A stretch of 64,000 nucleotides of DNA from Nemertoderma westbladi (lineage: Eukaryota; Animalia; Xenacoelomorpha), in contig JAUCBJ010001784.1 of assembly GCA_032718475.1 (NCBI GenBank), positions 40,486 through 104,485 on the forward strand. The letters are read 5' to 3'. Positions 25,735-37,906 of the stretch are shown here, piece by piece. Position 1 is the stretch's first letter. Each line of letters begins with the position of its first letter. A program made the translations under genes and the position numbers. The notes under the pieces were generated by a model. It had not been told where the DNA came from and did not search any database. It saw nothing but the letters and a program-made list of their open reading frames with translations.

Positions 25735-26508
25735 TCGGCAGTGATTTTTATGTCCTTTTATTTGACTTTTTTGTCCTCCTTTTTTTACGAATTGTGCATA
25801 ATGACTTTTGTTGTCCTTTTAATGACTTTTATTGTCCTTTTAATGACTTTTTATGTATGTATTTCTTCAAACTGTCAGATGCTGATTTCTGGACTGTCAG
25901 ACAGTTGATTTCAACATGCCTATGCCAAAACATTCAAAATTTGTTGATTTCTGGTCTGTCGGACAGTTGGTTTCACTATGCCTGTGCCAAAACATTCCAT
26001 GATTCCATGATTTAGAGACTATGAGATAGAATTCCATATGCGCCTGTGGTAAAAAGACTCTAAATTTAATAGTTTGTGGTTGTTGTCGATAATCGATTAC
26101 CACATGACGTAGCAAAACACTCATTTTATAGCCAAAAACAATTACCAATTGATGGAAAGGAGCAGGTTAAGGCCGGATTTTCTAACCAAAACAATAAACA
26201 GTCACTTTACCAAATCAGGGAAAGGAGCAGGTTACAGAGGCGGGATTTTCTAACCAAAACAATAAACGATAATTTAACTAATTGAGGGAAAGGAACAGGT
26301 TACAGAGACGGGATTTTCTAACCAAAACAATAAACGATAACATTACCAATTGAGAGAAAGGAGCAGGTTACAGAGGCGGGATTTCCTAACCAAAACAATA
26401 AACGATCACTTAATTAATTGAGGGAAAGGGGCAGGTTACAGAGGCGGGATTTTCTAACCAAAACAATAAACAGTCACTTTACAAAATGAAGGAAAGGAGC
26501 AGGTTACT
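25735..26508 (+). repeat. Second copy of the leader plus 68-bp minisatellite (about 5 units)
   Basis: Aligns to 20896-21700, with a short internal duplication in the leader. Confidence 0.9.
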
Positions 26509-29500
26509 TATTTGTTGAGGAACGAGTGCCATTTATTGATACATATTGTTTTCTGTTAGCTAGGTATGAAGCAATCCATTCTACTGCAGGTTTGTCAAAA
26601 CCAAATTTATGGTGTCGAAAGCTTTCCTAAGATCCAGTAACACCATTCCTGTGACTACCCTTTTCTATTGCATCTCGAACTGCCTCATCCACTAACATTA
26701 GTGCTGATTCAGTAGAAAATCCAAGTCTGAAACCTGATTGGAACTTATGGAGTAGACGTTTCCTGATGATATAACGGAGTATACGTATTAGAACGACCCT
26801 CTCTATGATGTTCCCCAGTATAGCAAGCAGAGCTATTGGTCTATAATTCTCAGTAATTAACCGTGGTCCTTTTTATATGCAGGGGCTACCTTGGCTGTCT
26901 TCAGGGATTGTGGAAATTTACTTGTCTTTATTGATAGGTTTACAATATGACAAATAATTCTGGCAAGCACCGTTGAACCATCACGGAATAATCTTGGAGG
27001 TATACCATCTGGACCTGGACTTTTATCTACATGCAGGTCTTTTAGGATTGTATCTACCTCTTCAGTGTCAGTTGGGGTTAAAGAAAATGAGTTGAGTTCC
27101 ACTCCTTTCTTTGCGTAGAACTCTCTTACATACTCCTCTCCGTATTTCCCTGTTGGAGTTGGTAATTCACTCACCAAAGATGTAAAGAATTTATTAAACT
27201 CTTCAGCAATTTCAGAATTGTCATTGCTAGTTGATCCATTCACAGTTAAGCCAATAGAAGAGGAGACTGAAATACTACGTTTTGTTGGTGCACCTATTCG
27301 TTTTAGAGTCTTCCATAGTTCATTTGGTTTGTCTTTATTCATTGTTAGATTGTCTTTAATAAAGTTGGTTTTAGATCGTCTAATTACCTTGGTGGCAATA
27401 TTTCTTAGTTTTTTAAAGAATAATTCATTTTCGCGAGTCCGTGAAGCATGGAATTTTCTCATCGCATTGTTTTTTGCTGTTATAGCTTGCCTCACTTCTT
27501 TATTAACCCAAGGTTCAGTAATTTGGCTCACTCGAATAAGTGTCAATGGGGCGACAGTGTCCAAGGTAGAAATCAACTCCTCAGAAAGTTTAGTGGTAGC
27601 TATATCTAGATCTTCTTCATTTAAAATATCTTTGATATTCTGGTTACCTTCCAGACTTGTTAACAAAACTTTGCATACTTCCTACAATGCTTTGGTTTAG
27701 TCTTTTCACCCTGAATCTTCAATTTGCATCTCTTTCTAGTCACGTAAGTTAGATAATGGTCACTTAGACCAATAGCAACAACACCACTTCCATTGACAAA
27801 ATCCTTATTGGAAACAAATATTAAATTGAGAGTTGTGGCTGTTGTCGATGTTACTCTGGTTGGTTCTGTGATTAGTTGGACATACCCTGTTGCATCACAA
27901 TAAGAAGACACCTTTAATCTTGTTTCTACTTCTGGACCTCTAGCAGATAGAGGCAGGCCTTTGCATAAAGTATCATAGTTAAAGTCACCTAGGATATATG
28001 TTTCATTATAGATTGGGATATCTTTTAATACTGATTCAAGTTCGTCAAAGAAGCCAGAAACCCATTGTGGTCGGTAACCTACGCCTATCAAGATTGGTTT
28101 AGTATTTGGCAACCACAGTTCTCCAAACAGTATTTATATTTTTCCATTGACAATTGTTTCGGACTTGGGAAATTCTAGTGATGATCTGTAATATATTGCA
28201 ACACCCCCACCATGTCTATTCCTGTCATTCCTGTAAATGCCGAAATTACTAACATTAATTTCATCATCTAAAATTGTATTTTCAAGCCAGGTTTCTGTAA
28301 CTGCCAGGAAATGTAGACTAGCAGATAACATAATCAATTTAATTTCTGTCATTTTATTTAACAAACTCTGGATGTTTATATGTGCAATATTTATTCCTCT
28401 GACCTTTAAGCAATTTAAGTCTAAGTACGTTGAACACAGTTTGCATGTTGTCAGGTTCGTACTCGACATGTTCGGGGTCTTGGGGGGCATAGTCAGATAG
28501 TCGGTGCATCAGGTATGGTGGCTAATGGGGTCACTGGGGCAGGTACCGACGCTGGTGGGGTCACTGGGGTGAGCACTGGCACTGGTGGGGTCACTGGGGA
28601 GGGTACTGACGCAGACAGGGTTGCTAGAGCAGGAGGTGTAGCGGGTGCCGGCACTGGTGGTGTCGCAGGGGTGGGTGTCGATGCTGACAGGGCCACTGGG
28701 GAAGGTCCCGGCTTTGGCAGGGTGGTGCTATATAGTCAGTCCATTCTATCAATTTCCGATACTGATTCATTTTGTACACTGCTTTGCATGCCACCACCAC
28801 GCTTTGCCAACATTTCTCGTCTTTTGACTCTCCTGTTATACAGTAGGCTTGCTCTCGTTCCAAGGGTGACATGTCTTTATCAAAATAGTATTTCACAGTT
28901 TCATACTTAAAAGATCGGCGGTGGATAATAGACATTGCTTTATCCTCTGTGGCAAATGAGAGCAAGATTGGTCGTGGTTTAACATCGGATGGTGGTTTGC
29001 CAATACGTTTCAGTGACTGTAGTGCTAGTTTCTCCCCAAGAGCGGACTCTAGGAATTCGGTATCTTTTTTACGTTGTTTATCGAGATTCGAACCGCCTAG
29101 ATCCCCCGGAATATTTTGTATTATTACATTCAACTTACGTTGTTGTGATTCTCTAATAATTTTCTCTATCCCAGCTGCATCCATCATATTGTTTCTGGGT
29201 GAATTAATGTCCTTGGATTGCTCTAATTTGTTTTCTATAGACTGTAGATTTTGTGTGTTTTTGGTTTTGGAGACCAATTCTGCCCAGGTAGGTTTGGTAT
29301 TAATCTTCAGCGTATCAATCATTTCTAACAAACCTTTGATTTTGTCAGCATTTTCTTTATTGGCGACTTTGGATGATTTGACTCTCTTGTGTATATCGTG
29401 AGGCAAGTAGTTTGCTTTTGCCGCAATCGCATCTTCTATTGAATCCTGCAACTTCATCCGTAGTTTCTCATCCGTAGTGGCTGTGATTGATGTTAGTTTG

Positions 29501-30060
29501 CTGTCTAAAGTATGAAGTTTCACATTTACATCAGTTTTGAGTTCGGTTAAGTCTTTTGTACACTTTTTTGTCACTTTAGCAGCACAACACCCGCAGAGGA
29601 AGTCGATTTGGCCAAAGTCGGTACCATTTGGAGCGATGCATACCATGTATCGATCGCAGTTGGGTCCACTGCAACCAACTTCAATTTCCGCATAGTTGTC
29701 CCCTCTTTAATCGATTGGGAGCTTTCCTTTCGCCCTCAGGGTTGTCTTTTCGGAAGTCTTATTGTTTGGTGTTGTTTCGCATCGCTTTGTCTGACGTATA
29801 CTTTCGCGGTGGTTTTTCTCACCAATACTGGTACGATTCTGGGAGGTGCCATGGCCATCTTCTTAATATATAAATCAATATCAATTCAATAATTGATCAA
29901 TTAAAATTGGACAATGTAGTACTGTAAGTATCATACAAAATCGATCAATATATATATATCAAATATTTGAAATATCAAATACCTGTTTGCCTGTCTGCCT
30001 GTATACAGCTATACAAGACATTATTCCAGTCTGGAGTCCTACTCCTGTACTCTGACGCTC
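26509..30060 (-). mobile_element. CR1/L2-group LINE, 5' part retained and 3' part truncated, degenerate
   Basis: ORF1 ~29856-28624 with a PHD-like Cys cluster, coiled coil and RKLNVIIQNIP...RIGK...PRPILL; ORF2 from 28490 with APE (HINIQSL, VTETWL, GDFN, SDH) and RT up to LDLRKAFD; outer boundary approximate. Confidence 0.85.
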
Positions 30061-30292
30061 ATAACTGCATAACCAATAATTAAATTTGTCTCCAGTCTGT
30101 CTAATCTTTAAATCCTTTCACTGTTTCAAGTAACCGGTATTACCGGTACAGCGGTACTGTATTATGTAGGCCTATTAGAGCCTACTGAATTTATTAGGCC
30201 TACAGTATTATCATGATTATATGATTATCATTTATCACTGTATCAATACTGCAATAATGAAATAATCTGATTAGGATTAGGCCTATCTGAAT

Positions 30293-31765
30293 ATGGCTCA
30301 ATTTATTTTTAAAAAAGTTGTGTTACCTGCTCGAATTTACAGGAATGTTCCAAACAGTTTGCTGGCTCGATATAAACCGAACCTACAAACATCCCGAAAA
30401 CTTTGCCTAACCCGACAATCTCAGGCGGGTAACAAGTCCGACCTCGGCCCTTCGACCCCTTGGACTCCAGACTTCTTCGACCAGGAAACGTACCTGTCCC
30501 CAGAACGATCGGTTCTCTACCCGGATGAGGACTTCCCTTTGAAGTGGGTCTCCCCACCGAGGCCACAACTCCGCCCGGACAAAAGCCACGAACTCGTCAA
30601 AGAGGACATCCTAACGCTAAACTTCGGCCCTCAGCATCCCGCGGCCCATGGCGTTCTCCGACTCATTCTAGAACTCAACGGCGAGATCGTCGTGCGAGCC
30701 GACCCGCACGTGGGTTTACTACATCGCGGAACCGAGAAACTCATCGAATATAAAACCTACACGCAAGCCTTGCCCTACTTCGATAGACTCGACTACGTCT
30801 CCATGATGGTTAACGAGCAGTGTTTCTCCTTGGCGGTCGAGAAACTCCTCGGAATCGAGGTTCCGATTCGCGCGAAATACATCCGAACGATGTTCGCCGA
30901 AATGACTCGCATCGCTAACCACATAATGGGTTTGACGACACACGCTCTCGACATCGGAGCGATGACTCCGTTCTTCTGGTTATTCGAGGAACGCGAGAAA
31001 CTATTCGAGTTCTCCGAGCGTGTTTCCGGTGCGCGAATGCACGCTGCTTACGTTAGGCCCGGCGGCGTCAACCAGGACCTACCATTGGGTCTCCTCGACG
31101 ACATCTACGCGTGGTGCGTCCAGTTTCCTCAACGGATCGACGAACTCGAGGACATGCTCACGAACAACCGCATCTGGAGGTCGCGAACCATCGATATCGG
31201 AGTGATCCCGGCCTCGGAAGCCCTCAACCTCGGGTTCAGCGGGGTAATGCTCCGGGGTTCCGGGATCCGATGGGACCTCAGGGAGAAACAACCCTACGAC
31301 GCGTATAGTTTGGTAGATTTCGACGTACCGGTCGGCGTTCGGGGCGACTGTTACGACCGCTATCTATGTCGCGTTGAAGAGATGCGACAATCGCTTCGTA
31401 TCATCCATCAGTGTCTCAACGACATGCATCCCGGCGAGATTAAAGTTGACGACCACAAAATCTCCCCTCCAACTCGCAGCGAGATGAAGGAGTCCATGGA
31501 AGCGCTGATCCATCATTTTAAACTCTTCACCCAGGGCTACCAGGTTCCTCCGGGGGCCACGTACACCGCCGTCGAGGCCCCCAAGGGTGAGTTCGGCGTC
31601 TACCTCGTGTCGGACGGCGGCTCGCGACCCTACCGCTGTAAGATAAAAGCCCCAGGGTTCGCGCATCTAGCAGGGTTGAATCGCGTCGGGGCGGGTCACT
31701 TTCTGGCGGATGTGGTCGCGATCATTGGGTCGCTGGATTTGGTGTTCGGTGAGGTGGACAGGTAG
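30293..31765 (+). CDS. NDUFS2: NADH:ubiquinone oxidoreductase 49-kDa subunit (complex I), nuclear-encoded with presequence
   Basis: [36 protein letters not shown]-terminal DLVFGEVDR; basic, acid-free N-terminal targeting peptide; intact 490 aa. Confidence 0.98.
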   Translation: MAQFIFKKVVLPARIYRNVPNSLLARYKPNLQTSRKLCLTRQSQAGNKSDLGPSTPWTPDFFDQETYLSPERSVLYPDEDFPLKWVSPPRPQLRPDKSHELVKEDILTLNFGPQHPAAHGVLRLILELNGEIVVRADPHVGLLHRGTEKLIEYKTYTQALPYFDRLDYVSMMVNEQCFSLAVEKLLGIEVPIRAKYIRTMFAEMTRIANHIMGLTTHALDIGAMTPFFWLFEEREKLFEFSERVSGARMHAAYVRPGGVNQDLPLGLLDDIYAWCVQFPQRIDELEDMLTNNRIWRSRTIDIGVIPASEALNLGFSGVMLRGSGIRWDLREKQPYDAYSLVDFDVPVGVRGDCYDRYLCRVEEMRQSLRIIHQCLNDMHPGEIKVDDHKISPPTRSEMKESMEALIHHFKLFTQGYQVPPGATYTAVEAPKGEFGVYLVSDGGSRPYRCKIKAPGFAHLAGLNRVGAGHFLADVVAIIGSLDLVFGEVDR

Positions 31766-32461
31766 TTTATGTGTGGTAGGTTTAGTTAGCGTTGACATAC
31801 GCCATTGTTAGATTCCCTCGAGGTTAATAATTGTATATAATATAACAGTTAGTATTCCTTGGGTGGGTGTTAGATAAGTTTCGTTAGCTTAACGGCCGTT
31901 AATTAATTAACAAGGGTTTATAATCATCTAACATCACCATATTACCAGTAAGTGAGATTCCTGTCCGGCTCCCCGGGTTGTTAGTTTTGTTACCATAAAC
32001 TCGTTACTACACCACTTCAGGATCTGCTGCAACATAAATCGTAAATAGAAATATTTTCTCAGCACTTATTTTCTTTCCTTCGTTCCGTTACAACTTCTAG
32101 GATATTCAGTTTGATAAACGAAACTGGCTATTTTTTAATCGACATATTTGTAAACAATACGCGTGGAAATGAAAAATGTATTATAACGTAGGGTAACTGA
32201 CCGTTGTTTAATTTATAATAGTTAATTATTAAATAATAATGGCAAAATGACTTATTATTATTTCTATTCACAATAAATTCTAGTAATTTAATCTCTTAAT
32301 CATACCTACCGCAGTAGGCTATTGATTCATTACGTCATATAGACCCTGGTTCTGGTTATTATTTTCTTATTGTGTCCATAAGGCTCTATTATTCACATTA
32401 CATCCGGTAATTAACTGACTACACGGAATGAATGGCAGTGAATGATGGACTTGAGGTTGAC

Positions 32462-33187
32462 TGTAGTAGTTGGAGCAGTAGCAGCAGCAGCAGTAGCAGC
32501 AGCAGTAGCAGAGTGGTAGTTAGTGGTAGTGGCAGTAGCAGCAGCAGTAGCAGAGTGGTAGTTAGTGGCAGTGGCAGTAGCAGTAGCAGAGTGGTAGTAG
32601 CAGTAGCAGCAGCAGTAGCAGAGTGGTAGTTAGTGGTAGTGGCAGTAGCAGCAGCAGTAGCAGAGTGGTAGTTAGTGGTAGTGGTAGTAGCAGTAGCAGA
32701 GTGGTAGTTAGTGGCAGTGGCAGTAGCAGCAGCAGTAGCAGAGTGGTAGTTAGTGGCAGTAGCAGCAGCAGTAGCAGTAGCAGAGTGGTAGTTAGTGGTA
32801 GTGGCAGTAGCAGCAGCAGTAGCAGAGTGGTAGTTAGTGGTAGTGGCAGCAGCAGTAGCAGAGTGGTAGTTAGTGGTAGTAGCAGTAGCAGCAGCAGTAG
32901 CAGAGTGGTAGTTAGTGGTAGTGGCAGCAGCAGTAGCAGAGTGGTAGTTAGTGGCAGTGGCAGTAGCAGCAGCAGTAGCAGAGTGGTAGTTAGTGGTAGT
33001 GGCAGCAGCAGTAGCAGAGTGGTAGTTAGTGGTAGTAGCAGTAGCAGCAGCAGTAGCAGAGTGGTAGTTAGTGGTAGTGGCAGCAGCAGTAGCAGAGTGG
33101 TAGTTAGTGGTAGTGGCAGCAGCAGTAGCAGAGTGGTAGTTAGTGGCAGTAGCAGCAGCAGTAGCAGAGTGGTAGTTAGTGGCAGTC
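32462..33187. repeat. Compound AGC/AGT/GGT minisatellite (unit ~36-45 bp built on GAGTGGTAGTTAGTGG)
   Basis: Direct reading; explains the low-complexity ORFs on both strands. Confidence 0.95.
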
Positions 33188-33348
33188 ATGGTATTTTGGT
33201 AAGGTCATGCAAGGTATCAGTTAGGAAAGCTTACTGCTGGTACTTACTGCTGTACTGACGGACTGAGGCTGACAGATAGCAGACACCTTGGCGCCAATAT
33301 TAGGATCCTTGGCTGCGGTTTTGGTTTTTTGGTTTTTGGGTTTTGGAA

Positions 33349-36300
33349 ATGGGGAGGTGTTGTGGGTGCAATAACTTGACTGGCAAATGCAAGACATGCG
33401 TTTGCGCTCACGCCAAGCGGGCCTGCGAAAAGTGTGGTCCGGGGACAACAGGGCGGTGCGAAAACCCCTTCGGAACCGGCCAATCCTGTTCTCAGCCGAC
33501 AGCGGCAGCGTTGTCAACAGTTGACTGTCAGGTGGCGCCTGCACGCATATCTTCCTCGCAACCGTTGGATCTGAATGTTACCTCTCCAGATGATACCCTA
33601 ACGGATCTAGACTATACTCTCGGTCCAAACGGGGCCGATCAACCCGACATCACGGCGCCTGATGCTGGGGTGACCGAGGTCGTGGGATCCACAGAGGAGT
33701 TAAATGGCGCCGAACTGTCTACAGCGCCGCCAACAAGTGCAGCCTCGTCTACAGCACCCCCGACCGGCGCTGCCTCGGCTATAGCGCCCCCGACAGGCGC
33801 CGCCTCGTCTACCGCGCCCCCGACAGGCGCCGCCTCGGCTACAGCGCCCCCGACAGGCGCCGCCACGTCTACAGTGCCACCGGCGGGCGCCACCTCGGCT
33901 ACACCGCCCCCGACAGGCGCCGCCTCGTCTACTGCGCCCCCGACAGGCGCCGCCTCGGATACAGCGCCCCCAACAGCCGCCGCCTCGTCTACAGTGCCCG
34001 CGACAGGCGCCTCCTCGTCTACAGCGCCCCGAACTGGCGCCGTCTCGATTACAGCGACCCCGACAGTTGCCTCCTCGTCCACAGCGCCCACGACAGGCGC
34101 CGCCTTTCCTAGCCCACTATCTAAGTCCTGGCCCCCATGTAATACTGCATCACAGAATTATGGACCCCACGCGGACCCAGACGAACTCATGTTAAGAGCA
34201 TTTGGCGCCACACTTGTGGGCAAAGGGACCCCACCTGATGGGCTAATGGATCAATGGCGACGGATAACCCAACTAAAAGGGTCTAAATATCGACTGCCCG
34301 GAGGCGCTATAGGGCGGGATGTAGTCTCGCTCTTGGACGCAGAGGCCAAGGCCTTTGTTTCCGGTCTGAACCACAATGCGACCAACGCTCGCTCTGAGAG
34401 ACTACTACTAGCCGACTCCCTCATCCTACACCGCGATCCGAAGGTAACCAAGGCCGCAGACATACGACGGCTAATAAGCCGGAGGTTGGGGATGTGGCGC
34501 TCCAGCCAGGTAGAGATGTTGGTCGTCGAGGCTGAACGCTGCTCACTGCGAATTGGCTCCAACAGGCGATCAACCACGAAGTCGAACCAGCAGGAAAAAG
34601 AACAGACCATTCGAATTTTCTCTAGGCTCATGATGGAAGGGAAGGTAAGGAGTGCTGTTCGCTGGGTCACGGGGCGTGAGACCGGTAGTGTTCTAGATCC
34701 GGAATCGGAAATTGAAGTAAACCAACAGCGGGTGAGAGTCCTTGATGTTCTCAGCGAGAAGCATCCAGCAGCAGCTGCACCCAAAGCCGAGGCCTTATTA
34801 GTGTGTGATGATGAGTTGCCACTTCGGGTTGATGTCGAGATCACAGCCGCGCACATAGAGTCGACAGCGCGGCGACTGAAAGGGAGTGGTGGGCCAGCCG
34901 GTAGCGACTCAACACGCTGGCGGGACTACCTTATCCGGTATGGGGCACATAGCCAGCGTTTACGCGAATCTATTGCCTCTATTGCGTGTTCACTTGCTAA
35001 CAGTGTAGTGCCATGGGAATCAGTTCGGTCGCTGATGGCTAGCAGACTTATTGCCCTCGATAAGTGCCCCGGGGTTAGGCCCATAGGCATAGGGGAGTGC
35101 CTCCGCCGAATCTTGGGTAGATCAATGGCAGAAGCAACTGGAGATGATGTCACCACTACGTGTGGCGCAGAGCAGTTATCTGCGGGCGTGATGGCAGGTG
35201 TGGAGGCCGGGGTACATTCAATGCGCTCGGTCTTCGACGAACATAGTGAGGATGGATGGGGCATTATTATGGTTGATGCAGCTAATGCCTTCAATTCGCT
35301 GAACCGAGTCGCAGCCTTGTGGAACGTCAGGCAGCTGTGGCCTCGATGTTCAATGTTTCTCTTCAACTGTTACCGTGGACACAGCATTCTGACAATAAAG
35401 GGAACCGATGCTGTGCTGTTCAGCGAAGAGGGTGTAACACAAGGAGATCCTTTAGCTATGCCTTTTTACGCTTCAGGCATCCTCCCTTTAATCCACGAGT
35501 TGCCATCACTTAAGGTTCGCCAAAGTTGGTTCGCTGACGACTCTTCAGGTGCCGGAAAGCTCCAGGATATTCTCGAGTGGTACGAGCACTTACTTCGTCT
35601 GGGCCCTGCTCTCGGATATTACCCTCAGTCCGCCAAGAGCTTTCTCGTTGTGGCTCCGGAGTTTCTGGAGGAAGCCCAAAGTGTATTCGCCGAGCACAAT
35701 ATTAACATCGTTACAGGACACCGATTTCTGGGCGGGTTTATTGGTAGCGAGTCGGAGTGTGTGAAGTATGTCGGCGCCAAAATCGCATCCTGGGTAGCCT
35801 CAGTAGACAAGATGGCCGAGGTGGCGGAGGCCCAACCCCACGCTGCTTTCTCAGCCGTAGTTTGCTCACTCCAACGGGAGTGGGCATACCTCCAACGCGT
35901 TGTCCCAGACTGCAGCAGTCAGTTCGATGTGCTAGAGGAAGCGATCAGCGATAGGTTCCTGCCGGCAGTCTTCGATGGGCGAATTTCGCAACCAGAACTC
36001 AAGTTGTTTGCCCTGTCTCCGCGAATGGGTGGTCTGGGGTTGCGGAACCCGGTTAACGAGGCCGATACCAACTTTGCTGTATCAGAACTTGGGACACAGT
36101 CGCTGGTGAACGCGATCGCCGGGAAGGAGCCATTCTCCTTAGCCACCCACCTGAAGTGCATGGAGGGAGCGCGCATGACATCTCGGAAAGAGAGGCAGGG
36201 TATGGAGAAAGCCCAGCAGGAGGAAGCGTTGGAAGGAATGGCGGAGCACCAGCGTGTCGCTGTCCAACGGGCGGCGGAGTTCAGGACCGGCGGCTGGCTA

Positions 36301-37026
36301 TCCTCTCTTCCGGTAGCCGAACACCAGTTTGACCTCTCACCCCGGGAGTTTAGGGACGCTGTGGCTGTTCGGTATGGTAGACCCCTCGTAGGTGTCCCTT
36401 GCAGATGCGACGGTTGTGGCGCTGGGTTTGATCTCAACCACGGGTTGAATTGTAAGAAGGGTGGTCTAGTGATTCAGCGTCACAACGAGCTCCGCGACGC
36501 AGTCGGTGACCTCGCGGCCCTGGCATTCGGACCGCGAAACGTTATGCTCGAGCCAGTGGTCCGCGAGCAGCACGAGGATGGCGACGGGGCTGGTCTGCGA
36601 TGCGATGTCGGCATTAGGGGAGCGTTCAGTACCCAGACACAGGCGTTGATTGACATACGTACAATTAACCTTGACGCCGTGTCTTATGCTGGGCGCTCCG
36701 TGAGGTCGGTATTGGAGTCAGCGGAAGAGGAGAAGAAACGCTTATATACAGCCGCAGTTTCCGCCCGCCGAGGTGATTTCTCCCCTTTCGTCGCCTCATG
36801 CGACGGCATACTGGCACCGCAGGCCAATAAGCTGTTGCGAATCATCGCTGACCGCCTACACACCAACTGGGGGAAACCATACAGTTCGGTAATGGGGTGG
36901 GTGCGTGCACGCATATCGTTCGCGATAATCCGCGGCACTTCCCATTGCCTGCGAGGGTCGCGGGTGAGATGGCGAAGCGGTTTGGGGCTTGAGGACGGCG
37001 CCGGGATACCAGGGGGCTTTGCTTAG
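33349..37026 (+). CDS. CRE-like polyprotein: Cys-rich N-terminus, T/A/P repeats, reverse transcriptase, Zn finger, RLE endonuclease
   Basis: LIALDKCPGVRPIGIGE, VDAANAFN, GVTQGDPL, FADD, FLGG; CDGC...HGLNC..GG...RHNE; RCDV...LIDIRT...EEEKKRLY. No stops. First ATG at 33349. Confidence 0.92.
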   Translation: MGRCCGCNNLTGKCKTCVCAHAKRACEKCGPGTTGRCENPFGTGQSCSQPTAAALSTVDCQVAPARISSSQPLDLNVTSPDDTLTDLDYTLGPNGADQPDITAPDAGVTEVVGSTEELNGAELSTAPPTSAASSTAPPTGAASAIAPPTGAASSTAPPTGAASATAPPTGAATSTVPPAGATSATPPPTGAASSTAPPTGAASDTAPPTAAASSTVPATGASSSTAPRTGAVSITATPTVASSSTAPTTGAAFPSPLSKSWPPCNTASQNYGPHADPDELMLRAFGATLVGKGTPPDGLMDQWRRITQLKGSKYRLPGGAIGRDVVSLLDAEAKAFVSGLNHNATNARSERLLLADSLILHRDPKVTKAADIRRLISRRLGMWRSSQVEMLVVEAERCSLRIGSNRRSTTKSNQQEKEQTIRIFSRLMMEGKVRSAVRWVTGRETGSVLDPESEIEVNQQRVRVLDVLSEKHPAAAAPKAEALLVCDDELPLRVDVEITAAHIESTARRLKGSGGPAGSDSTRWRDYLIRYGAHSQRLRESIASIACSLANSVVPWESVRSLMASRLIALDKCPGVRPIGIGECLRRILGRSMAEATGDDVTTTCGAEQLSAGVMAGVEAGVHSMRSVFDEHSEDGWGIIMVDAANAFNSLNRVAALWNVRQLWPRCSMFLFNCYRGHSILTIKGTDAVLFSEEGVTQGDPLAMPFYASGILPLIHELPSLKVRQSWFADDSSGAGKLQDILEWYEHLLRLGPALGYYPQSAKSFLVVAPEFLEEAQSVFAEHNINIVTGHRFLGGFIGSESECVKYVGAKIASWVASVDKMAEVAEAQPHAAFSAVVCSLQREWAYLQRVVPDCSSQFDVLEEAISDRFLPAVFDGRISQPELKLFALSPRMGGLGLRNPVNEADTNFAVSELGTQSLVNAIAGKEPFSLATHLKCMEGARMTSRKERQGMEKAQQEEALEGMAEHQRVAVQRAAEFRTGGWLSSLPVAEHQFDLSPREFRDAVAVRYGRPLVGVPCRCDGCGAGFDLNHGLNCKKGGLVIQRHNELRDAVGDLAALAFGPRNVMLEPVVREQHEDGDGAGLRCDVGIRGAFSTQTQALIDIRTINLDAVSYAGRSVRSVLESAEEEKKRLYTAAVSARRGDFSPFVASCDGILAPQANKLLRIIADRLHTNWGKPYSSVMGWVRARISFAIIRGTSHCLRGSRVRWRSGLGLEDGAGIPGGFA
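33718..34105 (+). repeat. In-frame 30-bp coding tandem repeat (TAPPTGAASS-like, about 13 copies)
   Basis: ACAGCGCCCCCGACAGGCGCCGCCTCGTCT and variants. Confidence 0.92.
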
Positions 37027-37906
37027 AGTGTTTGATCGATTATGCGGGGACTGGTATGGTATATTACATAATTATTGCTCATTGTAACTGTGTATGGAGT
37101 TGTTACCATCTGTACTGCAAGCAATATGCTATTGATCATTTAGTGCGTTTTTGCGATAATTATAATATGTCATATCGGTGTAAAAAAATTAGTTCCAGTA
37201 CTCAATTAGTCAAGTACTCAATGGAGGAGGTATTAGTTCCAGTACTCAATGGAGGTGGTATTAGTTCCCATACTCAATGGAGGTGGTATTAGTTCCAGTA
37301 CTCAATAAAGGAGGTATTAGTTCCAGTACTCATGTAGGAGGTATTAGTAACAGTACTCAATGGAGGAGGCATTAGTTCCAGGACCCAATGGAGGATGTAT
37401 TAGTTCCAGTACACAATGGAGGAGGTATTAGTTCAATCCAGTACTCAATGGAGGAGGTATTAGTTCCAGTACTCAATGGAGGAGGTATTAGTTCCAGTAC
37501 TCAATGGAGGAGGTATTAGTTCCAGTACTCAATGGAGGAGGTATTAGTTCCAGTACACAATGGAAGAGGTATTAGTTCAATCCAGTACTCAATGGAGGAG
37601 GTATTAGTTCCAGTACTCAATGGAGGAGGTATTAGTTCCAGTACTCAATGGAGGAGGTATTAGTTTCAATACTCAATGGATGAGGTATTAGTTCAAGTAC
37701 TCAATATAGGAGGTATTAGTTCCAATACACAATGGAGGAGGTATTAGTTCCAGTACTCAATGGAGGAGGTATTAGTTCCAGTACTCAATGGAGGAGGTAT
37801 TAGTTCCAGTACACAATGGAGGAGGTATTAGTTCAATCCAGTACTCAATAGAGGAGGTATTAGTTCCAATACTCAATGGAGGAGGTGTCTTTTATATATT
37901 AATACA

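Larger units (their letters stand above)
33223..37188 (+). mobile_element. Apparently intact CRE-like non-LTR retrotransposon (restriction-like endonuclease class)
   Basis: Single long ORF, short UTRs, A7 tail at 37182-37188; 5' boundary uncertain (33190-33225). Confidence 0.85.

Noticed and set aside
30293-31765. NUMT or bacterial nuoD transfer
   Set aside because: Has a mitochondrial presequence, reads in the standard code and looks like an animal nuclear NDUFS2.
32419-33258. ORFs rich in TNYHSATAAA or SSSRVVV resembling antifreeze or mucin proteins
   Set aside because: Translations of a stop-poor minisatellite; no signal peptide or unique domain.
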